Notes under the pieces: generated by a model
Database searches by the model: none
What the model was told of the DNA's origin: nothing
The model's input: the letters and a program-made list of their open reading frames with translations, nothing else
Source of the DNA: Flectonema sp. DT1601
Lineage: Eukaryota
Reading direction: 5' to 3'
Assembly (NCBI GenBank): GCA_964019425.1
Contig: OZ025793.1
Coordinates: 310,001 to 374,000, forward strand
DNA length: 64,000 bases
Position numbers and translations under genes: made by a program
In this document: positions 62,201 through 64,000 of the stretch, in pieces
Numbering within the stretch: position 1 is the first letter of the stretch
How the letters are laid out: each line of letters begins with the position of its first letter

Positions 62201-64000
62201 CCGATCTCCTTAAGCGTTTTGAAGTGGAAGCCACAGATGAACTACTGAACTCTTTGAATAAATTACAAGTCCAAGGTCAATGGAAGGAGTGGTCTAAATG
62301 TATGATAAACGACTTCACCTGGAATAAGGTACTTAGGGAGGGAAATCCTGCCTATATCTCATTTCAACTGAAAGCGGTTACAAACACCCTCCCCTCACAA
62401 GATAATTTAAAGAGGTGGAACATCACCAATGTGGACCAAAATTGTGTTTTGTGTGGCAAAGTGAATCCTACCCTCAGGCATGTCTTAACAGGCTGTCCTG
62501 TCTCTTTAACACAAGGGAGGTTCACGTGGCGTCACGACAGCGTTCTAAAACGCATTGTTATCTTCTTGGAAGAGTTGATAATAAAAGCCAACAAAAGAAA
62601 AGAAAACCTTCCGCCTCCCTCTCAAACTTTTTTAAAAACAGGGGAAAATAAACCCCTAGAAAGAATTTCTAAAGAGACAGGCGAACTTTCACTAGCGAAT
62701 GATTGGGTCATCCTCGACGATGTCGGTGATAACCGCCTAATTGTTCCTCTTGAAGTGTGCCATGTCTCGTCCTCTCTAAGACCAGACATTTTTATTTATT
62801 CTTTTTTTGCGAAAAGAGCACTGATTCTGGAGCTGACGTGTCCAAATGAAGATCGTTTCGAAACCTCTCATGTCTTAAAGGAAAAGAAATACCTAAAGCT
62901 AAGAGACTCGATCATCGCTAATGGCTTCGACTGTAACATTTTTACTATTGAAGTTGGCGTACGAGGAAACATCTGCATGGACCAGCTGAACATCTGGACA
63001 CGTCACATCGGTTCACCTTTAGCACCAACAAAAGCTTTATTTTGTGAATGCACCAGAATCGCCAGACAGTGCTCATATGTTCTGTTCCAGACGAGGAACC
63101 TCCCCACGTGGCATTCAAGACCACTAATGCGCAGCATTAAAGAAGAACCTGCCACTGCAAGTTTTATAAAAGATGGTAAAGAAATCTTCCCTGTGGAAGA
63201 AGTCAAAATCCACAAAGTAACAAAACTGAAAACGATCGAAAAGCTCACCATTGAAAGATCGTGGCTTGAGAAATGTTTTATCTGGCAAACTTGTTACGCA
63301 TCGGCTCTTTCTATTCTACTTGTTGCCAATGGTTCTTCCTCCCCGGCCCCTTCTGTTTTGTTAGATGAGGATGAGCTCACTGGACTCTCCTTGTCATTCT
63401 CTTCTATTTCTTCCATCTCTTTCCAGACTCCCCCACCTGAACTCATGTCAACGGGATCGCAAACACTTCCTGCTGATTTCGCTATAGTGATAAGAACTCA
63501 ATCTGACATGGGTTCTCAAACCCCCTTGTACAAAAAAAAAGAAGGAAAATTAAGGCTGAAACTTTCCTTGAAATGCCAGATTTTAGAAAACGAATTAGAG
63601 CAAATGAAAGAACGAATTTTTTATGTTCTATTTTTATTTTACTTTAATGCGATGTCAGCCTCCCTCGAGAAAGACAAGCAGTTACTAAATGGATTACCTG
63701 TTGAGATCAAAGCTACCAACCAGGATCCATCCTCACTTCCTCCTGCACCCCCTGTTTTAATTATTGAAAAAGATAGAAAAGAATATGAACTTCTGGAAGG
63801 AGTAATTCAACGGTTAACAGCAGAACGCGATGAATCGAAGACTTCTCTTTCTGCACTAGTTCGACAATATGACTTAGTGGAAGATTACAGGAAACGTGAG
63901 CTCGCAAATCTGACTCAGAGAGCAGACCTATCGGAAATGGCGCTCTTTAATTACCATCAAAGGTTTGTTCTTCTGTCGAACGAATTGGAGACCAAATGTA
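59234..64000 (+). mobile_element. Next head-to-tail HERO-like copy (runs off the window)
   Basis: Matches 44880-47469 joined to 49988-52164. Confidence 0.9.
59680..64000 (+). CDS. Apparently intact retrotransposon ORF (ZnF-RT-CCHC-RLE-extension), 3'-incomplete in the window
   Basis: Uninterrupted version of 45326-52970, reading ...LTWSLMIHDLSLPFAKK... across the empty site. It is probably missing from the ORF track because its stop lies beyond 64000. Confidence 0.9.
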   Translation, partial: MQEAISRSALDGDKTLVAKCPLCFETYLKGPVAHFRRNCKFSKEFKDYKSRFPPSTHSQVKDCYHLPCPECGKLFKSIATRAKHCVNGTCKGTPLSPLTGNNSDLEPPFVGESVDFKTSQTAFVPYNSTTPTFTPLHPSRLKFRSFGTEWKDIDVSAAEKLQTFTVETENSSKPADQLDKLLKTVYQICSGFFEETKRNLPRKQKSREEVILDQEKLECRLEMKQLRQELRKSGPSIENAVKWKEARTRMKRIFRMYRNLEKKNLFKKLQDKFRQNPFTAIKEELQKEDPQPPSLDIPEEKIIEHFKNNYCDNEKKKTDFTHPSFLPKSDYKTMDDIQFPSFEQFGILLSKKKNKCAPGPNCIPYVVWKKVPTFMEALYKVLKRIFELKAYPDSWGLAFVTMLPKPNSDGKDISKTRPIAVGNCDGKIFNTVIQEAVASHTLSKFNFQKGFRKGVSGCIEHATITSEIFKEVKALRKNLTIVWVDLADAFGSVKHQLIFFALKYFGIHERIIGFYKRYYSSMRVQIRVGEGLTPTIPFEVGVFQGCVSSPTLFNLVFQLLLFSLAVHQQEAYEFNNKSLQLLVAAFADDLQLTTSSKAGAKLLIKSLEQFLSWSRGMKAKPQKCIAHSFVQGKPANPDLKINNVPITNLQEAGEFKYLGRWFEPNAKEQKLRERLTTFTRNFLKKVDAMPLYGSQKAWSVQHLLLSRLTWSLMIHDLSLPFAKKMDKIIKPFLKKWWGFVRSANTVILFTGSKNTVGLRHKRVETLYKQAQSIKLDILRSSQDSDMHGVYNVIMEKSSNWSKKFSASAEWERLIKFFSYRSLAKQSAGLGHRLRDLRTTRPDLLKRFEVEATDELLNSLNKLQVQGQWKEWSKCMINDFTWNKVLREGNPAYISFQLKAVTNTLPSQDNLKRWNITNVDQNCVLCGKVNPTLRHVLTGCPVSLTQGRFTWRHDSVLKRIVIFLEELIIKANKRKENLPPPSQTFLKTGENKPLERISKETGELSLANDWVILDDVGDNRLIVPLEVCHVSSSLRPDIFIYSFFAKRALILELTCPNEDRFETSHVLKEKKYLKLRDSIIANGFDCNIFTIEVGVRGNICMDQLNIWTRHIGSPLAPTKALFCECTRIARQCSYVLFQTRNLPTWHSRPLMRSIKEEPATASFIKDGKEIFPVEEVKIHKVTKLKTIEKLTIERSWLEKCFIWQTCYASALSILLVANGSSSPAPSVLLDEDELTGLSLSFSSISSISFQTPPPELMSTGSQTLPADFAIVIRTQSDMGSQTPLYKKKEGKLRLKLSLKCQILENELEQMKERIFYVLFLFYFNAMSASLEKDKQLLNGLPVEIKATNQDPSSLPPAPPVLIIEKDRKEYELLEGVIQRLTAERDESKTSLSALVRQYDLVEDYRKRELANLTQRADLSEMALFNYHQRFVLLSNELETKC

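Overview
Eukaryotic, AT-rich, intron-containing protist-type sequence; the co-directional genes would fit a euglenozoan such as a diplonemid, but that is inference only. Positions 1 to ~19.3 kb hold four minus-strand host genes: a two-exon IQ-like repeat protein, a small EF-hand protein, a MORN-repeat/STE11-like kinase and a TRAF-ZnF/PDZ/EF-hand protein. An orphan LSU rRNA fragment lies among them. From ~19.7 kb to the end there is a gene-free, nested mobile-element island. It is dominated by a ~11.6-kb RLE-type (HERO-like) non-LTR retrotransposon in head-to-tail tandem. This element has no AUG ahead of its zinc fingers, a ~560-aa extension after the endonuclease, and a ~6.3-kb 3' region containing a hairpin-rich satellite. 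The main finding is that its 3' end and three other largely unrelated insert families (called A, C and D here) all finish with the same covarying hairpin, GGGC-N-[5 bp]-CAAAA-[5 bp]-CW-GYCC. The copies have fixed 3' ends and variable 5' truncation, and no poly(A) tail or TSD was seen at the junctions I could resolve. This suggests one RT plus several passenger RNAs sharing a structural recognition tag. Three TA-flanked MITEs and a MULE-like remnant are also present.
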